From positions 123,434 to 187,433 of the forward strand of contig JAFQQQ010000003.1 of the NCBI GenBank assembly GCA_017410525.1: a stretch of 64,000 nt of DNA. Reading direction: 5' to 3'. How positions within the stretch are numbered: position 1 is the stretch's first letter; the number at the start of each line of letters is the position of its first letter. Shown one piece after another: positions 1 to 10,071 of this stretch. The position numbers were made by a program, and so were the translations under genes. The notes beneath the pieces are model-generated. The model saw nothing but the letters and a program-made list of their open reading frames with translations. It made no database searches and was not told the origin of the DNA. Source of the DNA: Bacilli bacterium. GTDB lineage: Bacteria > Bacillota_I > Bacilli_A > RF39 > UBA660.

Positions 1-319
1 TTAAATATCTTTTTACTTCTCCAAGTATCATTGGAACTGCATATGTAGAAAACTTAACATCAAAACTTAAATCAAAATTATCAATTGCTTTAATTAAACC
101 TATACAACCTACTTGAAATAAATCATCCATATTATCACATCTGTTGTTATATTTTTTTAATATACTTAAAACCAATTTCAAATTACCATTAACAATTCGA
201 TCTTTAGCAAACTTATCTCCTTCTTTATATTTTTTAAATAAGTCTACCATTTCTTCATTACTCAATACTTCTAAATTCGCAGTATTCACGCCAGTCAGTT
301 CAACCGCATGACGTGCCAT
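1..319 (-). CDS. sigG: Sporulation-type sigma-70 family sigma factor, SigG-like (5' part only; gene runs off the left edge)
   Basis: Hand translation of the minus strand from the ATG at 317-319, with an AGGAG just upstream: MARHAVELTGVNTANLEVLSNEEMVDLFKKYKEGDKFAKDRIVNGNLKLVLSILKKYNNRCDNMDDLFQVGCIGLIKAIDNFD..FSTYAVPMILGEVKRYL. The N-terminus and region 2 follow the B. subtilis SigG pattern; SigF is not fully excluded. It is absent from the ORF track because it is truncated. Confidence 0.8.
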   Translation of the reverse strand, partial: MARHAVELTGVNTANLEVLSNEEMVDLFKKYKEGDKFAKDRIVNGNLKLVLSILKKYNNRCDNMDDLFQVGCIGLIKAIDNFDLSFDVKFSTYAVPMILGEVKRYL

Positions 320-388
320 AATTATCTCCTTTCAAGATAATTATGAGTAAACTTTTAAAAATTAAACAATTTTTTAAATACAATTAAT

Positions 389-420
389 AAAAAACTCTTT
401 TTAATTAAAAAGAGTTTTTT
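389..420. terminator. Bidirectional rho-independent terminator hairpin downstream of fhs
   Basis: Perfect 14-bp stem aaaaaactcttttt / aaaaagagtttttt with loop aatt. It is flanked by A/T runs 4 nt after the fhs stop. Confidence 0.7.
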
Positions 421-424
421 AGAT

Positions 425-2068
425 TTAAAACAATCCTTTTATATTACCATTTTTATCTATATCCATGTTTAAATAAGAACTATTCTTGCCTAATCCTGGC
501 ATAGTCATAATATTACCCATTAAAACTACTATAAACCCAGCTCCATTAGATAATTTAATATCAGTAACAGACATATCAAAATTATTAGGCGCTCCTAATT
601 TTTTAGGATCATCACTAAATGAATATTGTGTTTTAGCAATACATATAGGTAATTTGTCTAAATTATTTTGTTCTATTAATTTTATTTTTTCTTTAATTTC
701 ATCATTTATTATTACATTACCTGCCCTATATATTTCCTTACATACAGTATTTATTTTATTTGTTATAGAATCATTGTAATCATATAACTTTTTAAAATCA
801 TTTTCTTTTTCACATGTTTCTATAATTCTATTTGCAAGTTCTATTGCACCATTACTTCCTTCTTTAAATGAATTACATACTTCAATACTATATCCCATAT
901 TTCTTACAAATTCTTTTACATATTCTATTTCATTATCAGTATCATAAGCGAATCTATTTAAACATACAACAATATTTTTAGTATATTTACTCATGTTTTC
1001 AATATGTCTTTCTAGATTAACAATACCTACTTTTAAAGCAATTAAATTTTCAATATTAATACTTTCTTTATCTACACCACCATTATATTTTAAACTTCTA
1101 ACAGTAGCATTTATAACAATACAGTTAGGTTTTAGCCCAGTAGTACCACATTTTATATCTAAGAACTTTTCAGCACCTAAATCAGCACCAAATCCTGCTT
1201 CTGTAACTACATAATCAGCTAATTTTAATCCTAGTTTAGTAGCAATTACACTATTACATCCATGAGCTATATTAGCAAAAGGCCCACCATGTATTATTGC
1301 AGGATTATTTTCTAAAGTTTGAACTAAATTAGGTTTAATTGCGTCCTTAAGTAATAACGCAATAGCACCTACACAATTTAAATCACGAGCAAAAATCATT
1401 TTATTGTCTTTCGTATAACCTATTAAAATATTGCCAATTCTAACTTTTAAATCTTCTATATCAGTAGCCATGCAAAGTATTGCCATCATTTCACTAGCAA
1501 CTGTTATATTAAATTTTTCATTTCTAGAATAATTACTATTGATAGTTATATTTCTTAATGCCCTATCATTAAGATCAACACATCTATTAAATACTATCTT
1601 ATTTATTCCTAAACTATTACCTTGAAATATATGATTATCAATAATTGAGCATAATAAGTTATTAGCAGTTTCTATTGCATGTATATCTCCCGTGAAGTGT
1701 AAATTGATATCTTCCATCGGTACTACTTGAGAATATCCGCCTCCAGTAGCCCCACCTTTTATACCAAATACAGGCCCTAAAGATGGTTCTCTTAATACAA
1801 CTAAACTATTTTTATTTAATTTTCTTAAAGCATCATTAATTCCTATACTTACAGTTGTCTTTCCTTCTCCAAAAGGAGTTGGATTTATAGAAGTAACTAA
1901 TATTAATTTACCATCATTATTATTTAATTTTTTGTTTGCATCTAAATTAATTTTAGCTTTATACTTTCCATAATTTTCTAAATATTCTTCATTAATACCT
2001 AACTTATTAGAAATATCATTTATGTTTAACATATTACACTCATTGCTTATTTCTATATCAGTTTTCAT
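425..2068 (-). CDS. fhs: Formate--tetrahydrofolate ligase
   Basis: 547 aa. The PTPFGEGKTTVSIG P-loop-like motif and overall length are typical of Fhs. GAGGTGA RBS before the ATG. Confidence 0.93.
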   Translation of the reverse strand: MKTDIEISNECNMLNINDISNKLGINEEYLENYGKYKAKINLDANKKLNNNDGKLILVTSINPTPFGEGKTTVSIGINDALRKLNKNSLVVLREPSLGPVFGIKGGATGGGYSQVVPMEDINLHFTGDIHAIETANNLLCSIIDNHIFQGNSLGINKIVFNRCVDLNDRALRNITINSNYSRNEKFNITVASEMMAILCMATDIEDLKVRIGNILIGYTKDNKMIFARDLNCVGAIALLLKDAIKPNLVQTLENNPAIIHGGPFANIAHGCNSVIATKLGLKLADYVVTEAGFGADLGAEKFLDIKCGTTGLKPNCIVINATVRSLKYNGGVDKESINIENLIALKVGIVNLERHIENMSKYTKNIVVCLNRFAYDTDNEIEYVKEFVRNMGYSIEVCNSFKEGSNGAIELANRIIETCEKENDFKKLYDYNDSITNKINTVCKEIYRAGNVIINDEIKEKIKLIEQNNLDKLPICIAKTQYSFSDDPKKLGAPNNFDMSVTDIKLSNGAGFIVVLMGNIMTMPGLGKNSSYLNMDIDKNGNIKGLF

Positions 2069-2196
2069 GTAATCACCTCTATTTAATTATACTAAAAAAA
2101 GATAGAAAAATCTATCCTATCTTTTTAAATCTATATATACAATTATATTTGTATATTTAAATTCTATATTTCTAGATAATTAAACGACACAACCTA

Positions 2197-2982
2197 CTAC
2201 TGTTGCGCAGACGAATCAGTATAACTAATTGTACCATTATTTGCAATAGTATAATTATAATATGGTGTGCTGGCATCCACATAATAGCTTGCTCCAAGGC
2301 TTCCATCGATACCCGCATAAACAGTTAAGACACTATCATTGCAACGATATGTCTCATAATAAACTTCGCAAGCGTTTGCCAAATCTTTAAATGCATCTTC
2401 TAATATTTTTTTGTTTTCATCATATGCTTCTGTATCAAGTCCTTTTAAACAATACTCTTTTCCATTTCTTATAAAGCATGCGTATGCTGTTGATATTTTC
2501 GCATCTGTCACATCATATCCTAGATAAATATTTTTATCTGTTGGTGGGATACTTGATGGATTTTCAGGCGCTGTAGCACCTACATTTCCAAAAGAAGCTC
2601 CGATATATAATTGTGGTTCATATTTTTTTGTTCCATATGCATAATCTATAGCTGATCCATTTACTGTACAATCTGCTACATATATTTTACTATCTTTATA
2701 TATATCGATTGTATTACACACTATATTTCCATCATATTCTGGTGTGAATGGTAATGTTGCGTTTGTATATGATCCTGGCGCTACTTCATTTCCTGTTCTT
2801 AATTGGTATGTTGCTATACCATTTCTTATTGCACTCGCATACAACTCTACTGACCTTTCATTACTTTGTTCTCTTGCATCACTTATAATACCTAGTATTA
2901 TTGGTGTTGCTATTAATGCAATGATTGCTAATATTACTATTACTGCTAATAGTTCTATTAATGTAAATCCGCTTTTTTTCAT
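2197..2982 (-). CDS. Type IV pilin-like protein (prepilin N-terminal cleavage/methylation domain) with a large C-terminal domain
   Basis: N-terminus MKKSG/FTLIELLAVIVILAIIALIATP is a class III signal peptide (G-F-T-L-I-E). 261 aa with several Cys in the C-terminal domain. AAGGAGAG RBS. Confidence 0.85.
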   Translation of the reverse strand: MKKSGFTLIELLAVIVILAIIALIATPIILGIISDAREQSNERSVELYASAIRNGIATYQLRTGNEVAPGSYTNATLPFTPEYDGNIVCNTIDIYKDSKIYVADCTVNGSAIDYAYGTKKYEPQLYIGASFGNVGATAPENPSSIPPTDKNIYLGYDVTDAKISTAYACFIRNGKEYCLKGLDTEAYDENKKILEDAFKDLANACEVYYETYRCNDSVLTVYAGIDGSLGASYYVDASTPYYNYTIANNGTISYTDSSAQQ

Positions 2983-3109
2983 TTCATCTACTCTCCTTTT
3001 CTATTATTTGATTCACATTTAATAGGTAAACTCTTATATGTTGTTACCTATCATAATAAATTATAACATAATATAAAATTTTTTTCTATATATTTTTTAT
3101 AATTTATTA

Positions 3110-3137
3110 AAAAAGATTGATTAAATTCAATCTTTTT
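3110..3137 (-). terminator. Hairpin overlapping the ftsZ stop codon
   Basis: aaaaagattga / tcaatcttttt 11-bp stem with a 6-nt loop, in A/T-rich flanks. Confidence 0.5.
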
Positions 3138-4224
3138 AAAATCCACTTCTTTTTCTTAAGAATGAAGGAATGATATCATCATTGTCATCATCTAGACTAG
3201 AACTTCTAAAACTTGTATTTGAACTAGTATCAATTGTTCTTTCAGATCTAACTGCTTCTTCTTCTATTTCTTTTTTGTCATCATCAAATCCAGTAGCTAT
3301 TACAGTAACAATTATTTCATCATTTAAGTTTTCATTGATAACAGCACCAAATATAGTATTCATATCTGTTTTAGCACTGTTTCTAATTACTTCTGCAGCC
3401 TCTTCAACTTCAAATAAAGTTAAATTATTACCACCTGTAACATTTATAATTGCATCTGTAGCACCATCTATACTGGTTTCTAGTAATGGAGAAGAAATTG
3501 CTTGTTCAGCAGCTTCAGTTGCTCTATTTTCACCTACTCCTATACCAATACCAATTAAAGCAGTACCACGTTTTTCCATAACTGTTTTAACGTCAGCAAA
3601 GTCTAAGTTGATTAAACCTGCAACAGCAATTAAGTCAGATATAGATTGTACACCACGTCTTAATACATTATCTACTTCTTTAAATGATTCTAAAAGTGGT
3701 GTAGATTTATCTATAATTTCTCTTAATTTATCATTTGGAATTACAATCAAAGTATCTACACATTTCTTTAATTCATTTAATCCTGCTAAAGCTTGTTCCA
3801 TTCTTTTTTTACCTTCAAAAGAGAATGGTTTAGTAACTATACCAACAGTTAAAGCGCCTAATTCTTGGGCTATATTAGCGATTACTGGAGCAGCTCCTGT
3901 TCCAGTTCCACCACCCATACCACAAGTAACAAAAACCATATCTGCACCTGCTAAAGATTCTTCTATTTCTTTCTTACTTTCTAAAGCAGCTTCTCTACCT
4001 ATTTCAGGTTTAGCACCAGCACCTCTACCACCAGTAAGATTTTCTCCTATTTGTATTTTTGTTGGAGCTTTAGAACAGTTTAATACTTGTAAATCTGTAT
4101 TAGCAACTATAAACTCTACACCTTTAACTCCTGACTCTATCATACGGTTTACAGCATTATTTCCGCCTCCACCTACTCCTATTACTTTTATTTTAGCAAC
4201 TTGGTCCATTTCTAATCCAAACAT
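3136..4224 (-). CDS. ftsZ: Cell division protein FtsZ
   Basis: [17 protein letters not shown] and [11 protein letters not shown] tubulin signature motifs. Acidic C-terminal linker plus a conserved C-terminal peptide ([11 protein letters not shown]). Confidence 0.97.
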   Translation of the reverse strand: MFGLEMDQVAKIKVIGVGGGGNNAVNRMIESGVKGVEFIVANTDLQVLNCSKAPTKIQIGENLTGGRGAGAKPEIGREAALESKKEIEESLAGADMVFVTCGMGGGTGTGAAPVIANIAQELGALTVGIVTKPFSFEGKKRMEQALAGLNELKKCVDTLIVIPNDKLREIIDKSTPLLESFKEVDNVLRRGVQSISDLIAVAGLINLDFADVKTVMEKRGTALIGIGIGVGENRATEAAEQAISSPLLETSIDGATDAIINVTGGNNLTLFEVEEAAEVIRNSAKTDMNTIFGAVINENLNDEIIVTVIATGFDDDKKEIEEEAVRSERTIDTSSNTSFRSSSLDDDNDDIIPSFLRKRSGF

Positions 4225-4235
4225 AATTTCCTCCT

Positions 4236-5483
4236 CTATTCACTAAAGAAAAAACCAAATATTTTTCCTAGTGTTGAATCTGATGCGCTTAATTTTCTTG
4301 AATTTACCGCTGTCATTTGATAAACTTCGTTATCACTAATCATACTATAATCTTGTTCTTTTAATTTCAATTTACTTATAAAGTGTACTATATTACCTAT
4401 ACAACTTGAATATATATTATCTCTAATACCTAACATTTTAACATTACCAATATTAGCATTATCTCCAAACACATCTCTTACTATATATTCAATACCAGGC
4501 ATATTACTAGTACCACCTGTTATAATAATATAATCTATTTTACGGCTTGTCAAGAGATTTATCTCTTTTTTAGCCTCGTTTAATATTTCTTCTAACCTTG
4601 ACATAACAACTTCTGAAAGTTCAAACTGATTGATTTTAAGATTAGCATCATATGCACTTTTAACTTCAATTATATCATTCACACTAGCATTCTTTTTATG
4701 AGCTAAAGCAAATTTAAGTTTTAAATTCATAGCTGTTGGTATATCTACTTTGTACATGTAAGAAATATCGTTATCAATATTCTTACCACCCATATTAACT
4801 ATACTACTTTTTACTAATATACTTTTATTATATAATGAAACATCTGTAACTTCACTACCAATATTGATAATAGCGCCAACTTTATCTTCAAATGCTTTAT
4901 TATTGAATGAATGTAAATCACCAATATTATTAAGTGTAATATCTACTACTTCAACTCCTATATTTTCAAGTAAACCTATTACAGAGTAAACATTCTTTTT
5001 AGGAGTTGTAACAAGTACTGCTCTACATCCTAAACTAGAACATTTCATTCCTTTAGGATCTTTTATAAATGCTTTATCATCTACAGTATAATCTATTGGT
5101 AAGATTGTTACCATTTCTCTTAAACTATAGGGTTGAGTCTTAGCAGCTATTTCTAAAGATTTAATTATATCATTACTTGTTACTATTCCTTCTTCATTAT
5201 TTATTCTAACATTACCTTTTATTATAGAATATTCAGCATTAAACGAAGGAACTGAAGTAATAACTTTTTTAATCTTTATGCCTAGCATTTCCTCTACTTT
5301 TAATAAAGCACCTTTAATGCTCTCAGTAGCAAGCTCTACATCAGTTATTAGCCCTTTTTTTATTCCTTTAGATTTAAAAGAAGATGCTGCTAGTAAATTT
5401 AACTTATTTTGATGTAGTTCACAAACAACTATTTTGATAGTATCTGATCCTATATCAAGACTAGTATAAATATGTTTCATCAT
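4236..5483 (-). CDS. ftsA: Cell division protein FtsA
   Basis: Actin-like ATPase N-terminus ([13 protein letters not shown]) and a GGTSNMPG motif. Lies immediately upstream of ftsZ. Confidence 0.93.
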   Translation of the reverse strand: MMKHIYTSLDIGSDTIKIVVCELHQNKLNLLAASSFKSKGIKKGLITDVELATESIKGALLKVEEMLGIKIKKVITSVPSFNAEYSIIKGNVRINNEEGIVTSNDIIKSLEIAAKTQPYSLREMVTILPIDYTVDDKAFIKDPKGMKCSSLGCRAVLVTTPKKNVYSVIGLLENIGVEVVDITLNNIGDLHSFNNKAFEDKVGAIINIGSEVTDVSLYNKSILVKSSIVNMGGKNIDNDISYMYKVDIPTAMNLKLKFALAHKKNASVNDIIEVKSAYDANLKINQFELSEVVMSRLEEILNEAKKEINLLTSRKIDYIIITGGTSNMPGIEYIVRDVFGDNANIGNVKMLGIRDNIYSSCIGNIVHFISKLKLKEQDYSMISDNEVYQMTAVNSRKLSASDSTLGKIFGFFFSE

Positions 5484-5523
5484 ATCATCTCCTACAATCT
5501 ATATATAATTATACTATAAAAAC

Positions 5524-5553
5524 AAAAAAAAGTAAAAACTTTTTTACTTTTTT
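5524..5553 (-). terminator. Rho-independent terminator after the RNase J-like gene
   Basis: aaaaaaaagtaaaaa..tttttactttttt hairpin followed, on the minus strand, by a T-run. Confidence 0.6.
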
Positions 5554-5579
5554 GTTAAAATACCTTAAATTTCCAAGTA

Positions 5580-7226
5580 TTATTGCACTTCTTGTACAAC
5601 AATTATTATCATAGGCTTACTTTCTGTCTCTTTATAAAAATATTTTCCTAATCTTTCCCTAATAGTTATTTTTATTTTATTATAGTCTATATAGTTTTCT
5701 TTAACATTTTCTTTAATTACTTCAGTTACAATATTTTCGGCCTCTTTAATTATATCTATATTTTCTTTAACATATATAAATCCTTTAGTTACTACATTAG
5801 GTTTATTTATTATAGTTCTATCTTCTTTATCAATATTTACATCAACGATTACAATACCACTATCACTTAACATTTCTCTATCTTTTAATACTAAATCACC
5901 TATATCTCCGACAGTTTTACCATCTATTAGTATATCTTCTATAGGTATTTTTTCATCATTTTCTACAAAGTTACCATCTATAAAAGTGGCAACTTCTCCA
6001 TTAAGTTTTAATAGTATATTTTCTCTTGGAATATTAAGCCTTTCTGCAAGCGTTGCATTTTCTACTTGATGTCTATATTCACCGTTTACAGGCATATAAT
6101 ATTTAGGTTTCATTAAATTAATCATAAGCATTATATCTTCACTAGATGAATGAGGAGAAAGATATTTTTTAGATAGAATTACTAACTTACTTCCTACTTT
6201 AGATATTTTATTAAATACTTTAGTAGCAGTTATCTCACTACTTTCGTATATAGGAGATAAAATAACTACGGTATCAGTTTCTTTTAAAGTAACAAACTTA
6301 TCTGAGTTTCTAAGTATTCTTTTTAAACTTGAATATGGTTTTTCTCTTTCATTAGATATTATAACAAGTATCCCCTCATCATTAACATGACTTATAGTTT
6401 TAATTCTTTCTTTATCAAAATCAATATAACCAAATTCAATTCCCTTAAGTATTATATTTTCTAAAGATTTACCCATTATAACTACATTTCTATTAGTCTT
6501 TGATATTTCATTAAATAGTTCTTGTATTCTATATATTTGAGTTTCAAAAATATTAAAGAATATTCTACCTTCATTTTCATCGATAGTTTCTCTAATTATC
6601 GAACTTGCTCTATGACTTGGTGATGTATATCCAGATTTTTCAGCATACATGCTTTCATTCATTAAACAAAGTACATTTTGTTTGCCAATATAAGCAAGTT
6701 TGCCTATATCTGTACTATATGGTCCCATCATTGATGGATCAAAAATGTAATTTCCTGTAAATATAATCCCACCATCTCTAGTATTTAATACATATAAATA
6801 ACTATCTGGTAAAGAATGAGATACTTGTATAGGGAAAATACTTTCTTCACCTAAATCTATTTTTTTGTGTGCTTTTACTTCAATTAAATTAGCACATTTA
6901 ATCCCACTTTCTTCTAAATCTTGTTTTATAATTTCTAAAGTAAATCTACCACCATATATTTTAACATCGGGTATATCAATTAAAATATCGCTTAAAGCGC
7001 CCATTTGTTGATCGTGTCCATGAGTTATAAATATCCCTTTAATTCTATTTTTGTTTTCTTTTAAATAATCATAATTAGGTATTATATAATCTACACCAAG
7101 CAATTTATCATCCGCATATTTTAAACCTGCTTCAAATACATATATATTTTCATCTACTTCAACTATATACATATTCTTACCTATTTCATTTTGCCCACCT
7201 AAGGCAAAAATCCTAATTTTACTCAT
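5580..7226 (-). CDS. Ribonuclease J family protein (metallo-beta-lactamase/beta-CASP) with degenerate active-site motifs
   Basis: 548 aa, collinear with RNase J1 (FALGGQNEIGKN, SHSLPDS, C-terminal domain). However, HGHEDH is HGHDQQ, TGDFKFD is TGNYIFD and HGEYR is NGEYR. Confidence 0.85.
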   Translation of the reverse strand: MSKIRIFALGGQNEIGKNMYIVEVDENIYVFEAGLKYADDKLLGVDYIIPNYDYLKENKNRIKGIFITHGHDQQMGALSDILIDIPDVKIYGGRFTLEIIKQDLEESGIKCANLIEVKAHKKIDLGEESIFPIQVSHSLPDSYLYVLNTRDGGIIFTGNYIFDPSMMGPYSTDIGKLAYIGKQNVLCLMNESMYAEKSGYTSPSHRASSIIRETIDENEGRIFFNIFETQIYRIQELFNEISKTNRNVVIMGKSLENIILKGIEFGYIDFDKERIKTISHVNDEGILVIISNEREKPYSSLKRILRNSDKFVTLKETDTVVILSPIYESSEITATKVFNKISKVGSKLVILSKKYLSPHSSSEDIMLMINLMKPKYYMPVNGEYRHQVENATLAERLNIPRENILLKLNGEVATFIDGNFVENDEKIPIEDILIDGKTVGDIGDLVLKDREMLSDSGIVIVDVNIDKEDRTIINKPNVVTKGFIYVKENIDIIKEAENIVTEVIKENVKENYIDYNKIKITIRERLGKYFYKETESKPMIIIVVQEVQ

Positions 7227-7300
7227 AATTTCTCCTTTCCTTTTAGTTTTTTAGTCTAATTAATTATAACATTATAAAGAAAAAAAAGCAATTGTTTGCT

Positions 7301-7981
7301 TTATTCATCAAATATATCAAAGTATTCTCCACTATCTAAATAAAGAATACCTTTTTTATTATCAAATGATTTAACCATGTCTATATATTTGTTTATAGCT
7401 AAAAACTTATCTAAAGTTAAATAAACATAATTACCATCATTCATAAGTATGAAAAATCTTTCTTCATCTACTTCATTAGGAGAATATTCTATTTCAGACA
7501 TTCTATATAGTATATTCTTTTTTACTTTTTTCATGGCTTTTAAAAATTTATCATATACTGTATTTGGTATTTGATTTATAACTGTTGGAGTTGTAAACTT
7601 TTCTGTTACTTTATCATTATTATACAGTATCGTTTTATTTTCTGTTTGATAATAAAACATTGGATAATTTTCTTTTACTTCTATTGTTATTTTAGAAGTT
7701 AAATTAGATTTAGTAACATCTGCTTCTAGTATATATTGATTTTTTTCTAATCTACTTTCTAAAGTTACTGATAGATTATTTATACTAGTTGGATAATCTT
7801 CTATACCAGCAATATCTATTATTTCTTGATCGGTTAAAAGTTCATTACCTTTAACATATATATTTTTTATATTCGAATTAAATACTTTAACTATAATAAA
7901 AGATAAAAGAAAAAACAAAATTAAGACAATAAATAATCTTTTTTTATTTAGTTTTCTTTTTCTGTTTTTACTTTTACCCAT
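7301..7981 (-). CDS. divIB: Cell division protein DivIB/FtsQ (POTRA domain)
   Basis: Basic N-terminus, a single TM, then IKNIYVKGNELLTDQEIIDIAG POTRA-like start. Position between murB and ftsA matches the division cluster. Confidence 0.8.
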   Translation of the reverse strand: MGKSKNRKRKLNKKRLFIVLILFFLLSFIIVKVFNSNIKNIYVKGNELLTDQEIIDIAGIEDYPTSINNLSVTLESRLEKNQYILEADVTKSNLTSKITIEVKENYPMFYYQTENKTILYNNDKVTEKFTTPTVINQIPNTVYDKFLKAMKKVKKNILYRMSEIEYSPNEVDEERFFILMNDGNYVYLTLDKFLAINKYIDMVKSFDNKKGILYLDSGEYFDIFDE

Positions 7982-7993
7982 ATTAGTTCACCC

Positions 7994-8890
7994 TTATTCT
8001 ACAAATTCTTGTTCTACTTTTAGTTCAATATTGTATTTTTCTTTTATTTTATTCTTTATATCGTTTATCAATTCTTTTACTTCTTCCCCTGTAGCATTAC
8101 CAGTATTGATTATGAAATTAGCATGTTTTTCACTTACTTGTGCGCCACCAATACTTTTTCCTTTATAACCAATTTCCTCTATTAGTCTACCAGCAAAATC
8201 TCCTTCTGGATTTCTAAAAACACTACCTGCTGAAGGATATTCTAAAGGTTGTGTTTCTACTCTTCTTTTTTTTCTTTCATTAATTATTTCCATTATTTCT
8301 TCGTTATTACCTTTAATAAGCGTGATTGTTGCTTCTAAGCAAATATAATCTTTATTTTTTTGTAAGAATGAAGTTCTATAATGAAAATCTAATTCTTTAT
8401 TTTTCATCGTTTTTATTTCATAATTAGGAGTTAATACTTTAATACTTGTAAGTATATATCCCATATCACTTTTATAAGCACCAGCGTTCATATAAACTGC
8501 TCCACCTACCGTACCAGGTATACCAGCAGCAAATTCCATACCAGTAAAACCTAGTCTAGATACTCTTAAAGCAAGTTTATTTAATGGATATCCAGCACCC
8601 ACAATTATTTTATTATTAATTATATTTAAATGATTAAAATTATCTAATTTAATTATTACTCCATCATATCCAGAATTATTAAATATAACATTAGAACCAT
8701 TACCTAATACTTTATATTTAATATTTTTTTCTTTTAAATATGATAAAAGAGTAATTAATTTTTTTTCATCTTCAGGAATAACTGCACATATAGCCTTACC
8801 ACCTACTTTATAAGTAGTGTGTTCTTTTAAAGTATAATCTTCTAATACTTTACCTACATTAAGTTCTTTTATTTCTTTGATTACATTCAT
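7994..8890 (-). CDS. murB: UDP-N-acetylenolpyruvoylglucosamine reductase
   Basis: 298 aa. HTTYKVGGKA, GNGSNV and a C-terminal SVFRNPEGDFAGRLIE..GGAQVSEKHANFIIN are typical of MurB. Confidence 0.93.
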   Translation of the reverse strand: MNVIKEIKELNVGKVLEDYTLKEHTTYKVGGKAICAVIPEDEKKLITLLSYLKEKNIKYKVLGNGSNVIFNNSGYDGVIIKLDNFNHLNIINNKIIVGAGYPLNKLALRVSRLGFTGMEFAAGIPGTVGGAVYMNAGAYKSDMGYILTSIKVLTPNYEIKTMKNKELDFHYRTSFLQKNKDYICLEATITLIKGNNEEIMEIINERKKRRVETQPLEYPSAGSVFRNPEGDFAGRLIEEIGYKGKSIGGAQVSEKHANFIINTGNATGEEVKELINDIKNKIKEKYNIELKVEQEFVE

Positions 8891-8892
8891 AT

Positions 8893-9975
8893 TTACTTCC
8901 TATCTATTAGTTTTTTTATGTTATCATAAATAATTTGTGCGGAATTATCTACTTTTAATGTTTTTAATCCTTTTTTCATCTCAATTAATTTTTTATCATC
9001 ATTTATAATACTATCTATTTTTCTAACTAAGATATCTCCCTTTAAATCTTTTTCTTCTACTAAAATAGCAGCATTATTGTTAACTAAATCTAATGCATTT
9101 TTAAATTGATGATTATTTGGTACATATGGACTAGGTATGAGTATGCTTGGTAAATCAAGCGCAATTATTTCGCTTAAAGTTGAAGCACCTGCTCTAGTTA
9201 CTATTAAATCTGTATTTTTCATAATTCTAGTCATTGAATCTATATATGGTACTACTTTAACATTACTTGGAAACTTAATTTTGCTTATTTCTTCATAATA
9301 ATTATTTCCTGTTACATATAATACTTCATAATCTTTATTTTTAAATAATTTCATAGTATCTATTAAAAACTCATTTACTTTACTTGAGCCCAAAGATCCC
9401 ATAACAAATAATACTAATTTTTTATCTTTAGATAATTTTAATTCAGACTTATCCATAGCAGGTTTCTTTAATGCATCTTCACTACATGGATTTCCTGTAA
9501 ATATTGTTTTATCTTTTGGAAATTCATTCATACTTGATTTAAAAGATACACCTATTAAATCTACTATTTTAGATAAAGTTAAATTAGCTTTACCAGCAAC
9601 ACTATTTTGTTCATGAATAAATGTTTTAATTCCAAAAGAATGAGCAGCCATAATCACTGGTACAGTAACATAACCACCTACTCCAATAGCAACGTCAGGA
9701 TTAAATTCTTTTATAATTTTTTTACAATCTTTTTTAGCTTTTAATAAACATTTAATAGTTTTAAAATTTTTAAACAAGTTCTTTCTATTAAAACCATAAA
9801 TTTCAATAGATTTAAAAGGAATACTATGTTTAGGAACAATATCTTTTTCCATTCTATTATGAGTTCCTATATATAAAAATTCTGACTTTGGTTCTATTTC
9901 TTTTATTTTATTTATAATAGCGAGTGCTGGATAAATATGTCCGCCAGTACCTCCTGCACTTATAACTACTTTCAT
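8893..9975 (-). CDS. murG: Undecaprenyldiphospho-muramoylpentapeptide beta-N-acetylglucosaminyltransferase
   Basis: MKVVISAGGTGGHIYPALA N-terminus. I chose the internal ATG at 9973-9975 (AGGTGA upstream) rather than the ORF-track start at 9993. Confidence 0.9.
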   Translation of the reverse strand: MKVVISAGGTGGHIYPALAIINKIKEIEPKSEFLYIGTHNRMEKDIVPKHSIPFKSIEIYGFNRKNLFKNFKTIKCLLKAKKDCKKIIKEFNPDVAIGVGGYVTVPVIMAAHSFGIKTFIHEQNSVAGKANLTLSKIVDLIGVSFKSSMNEFPKDKTIFTGNPCSEDALKKPAMDKSELKLSKDKKLVLFVMGSLGSSKVNEFLIDTMKLFKNKDYEVLYVTGNNYYEEISKIKFPSNVKVVPYIDSMTRIMKNTDLIVTRAGASTLSEIIALDLPSILIPSPYVPNNHQFKNALDLVNNNAAILVEEKDLKGDILVRKIDSIINDDKKLIEMKKGLKTLKVDNSAQIIYDNIKKLIDRK

Positions 9976-10035
9976 TCTATCACCTATACCCATTATACCA
10001 TAATTATATTCAAAAACAATAATTAATATAAATTA

Positions 10036-10067
10036 AAAGACTCAAAGTTGTGCAAACAAGAGTCTTT
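10036..10067 (-). terminator. Terminator hairpin after mutL
   Basis: aaagactc ... gagtcttt stem directly after the mutL stop. Confidence 0.5.
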
Positions 10068-10071
10068 GTTG

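Noticed and set aside
320-388. Sigma-F/G type promoter upstream of the sigG-like gene.
   Set aside because: A CATAATT element is present, but there is no correctly spaced GHATR -35 element, so the call cannot be supported by eye.
3170-4246. 358 aa ORF antisense to ftsZ. Similar long antisense ORFs occur at 20097-20681 opposite pnp and 27432-27983 opposite the pilB tail.
   Set aside because: These are Ser/Ile/Leu-rich low-complexity translations that mirror highly conserved genes on the other strand. They have no RBS or independent signals and are typical shadow ORFs.
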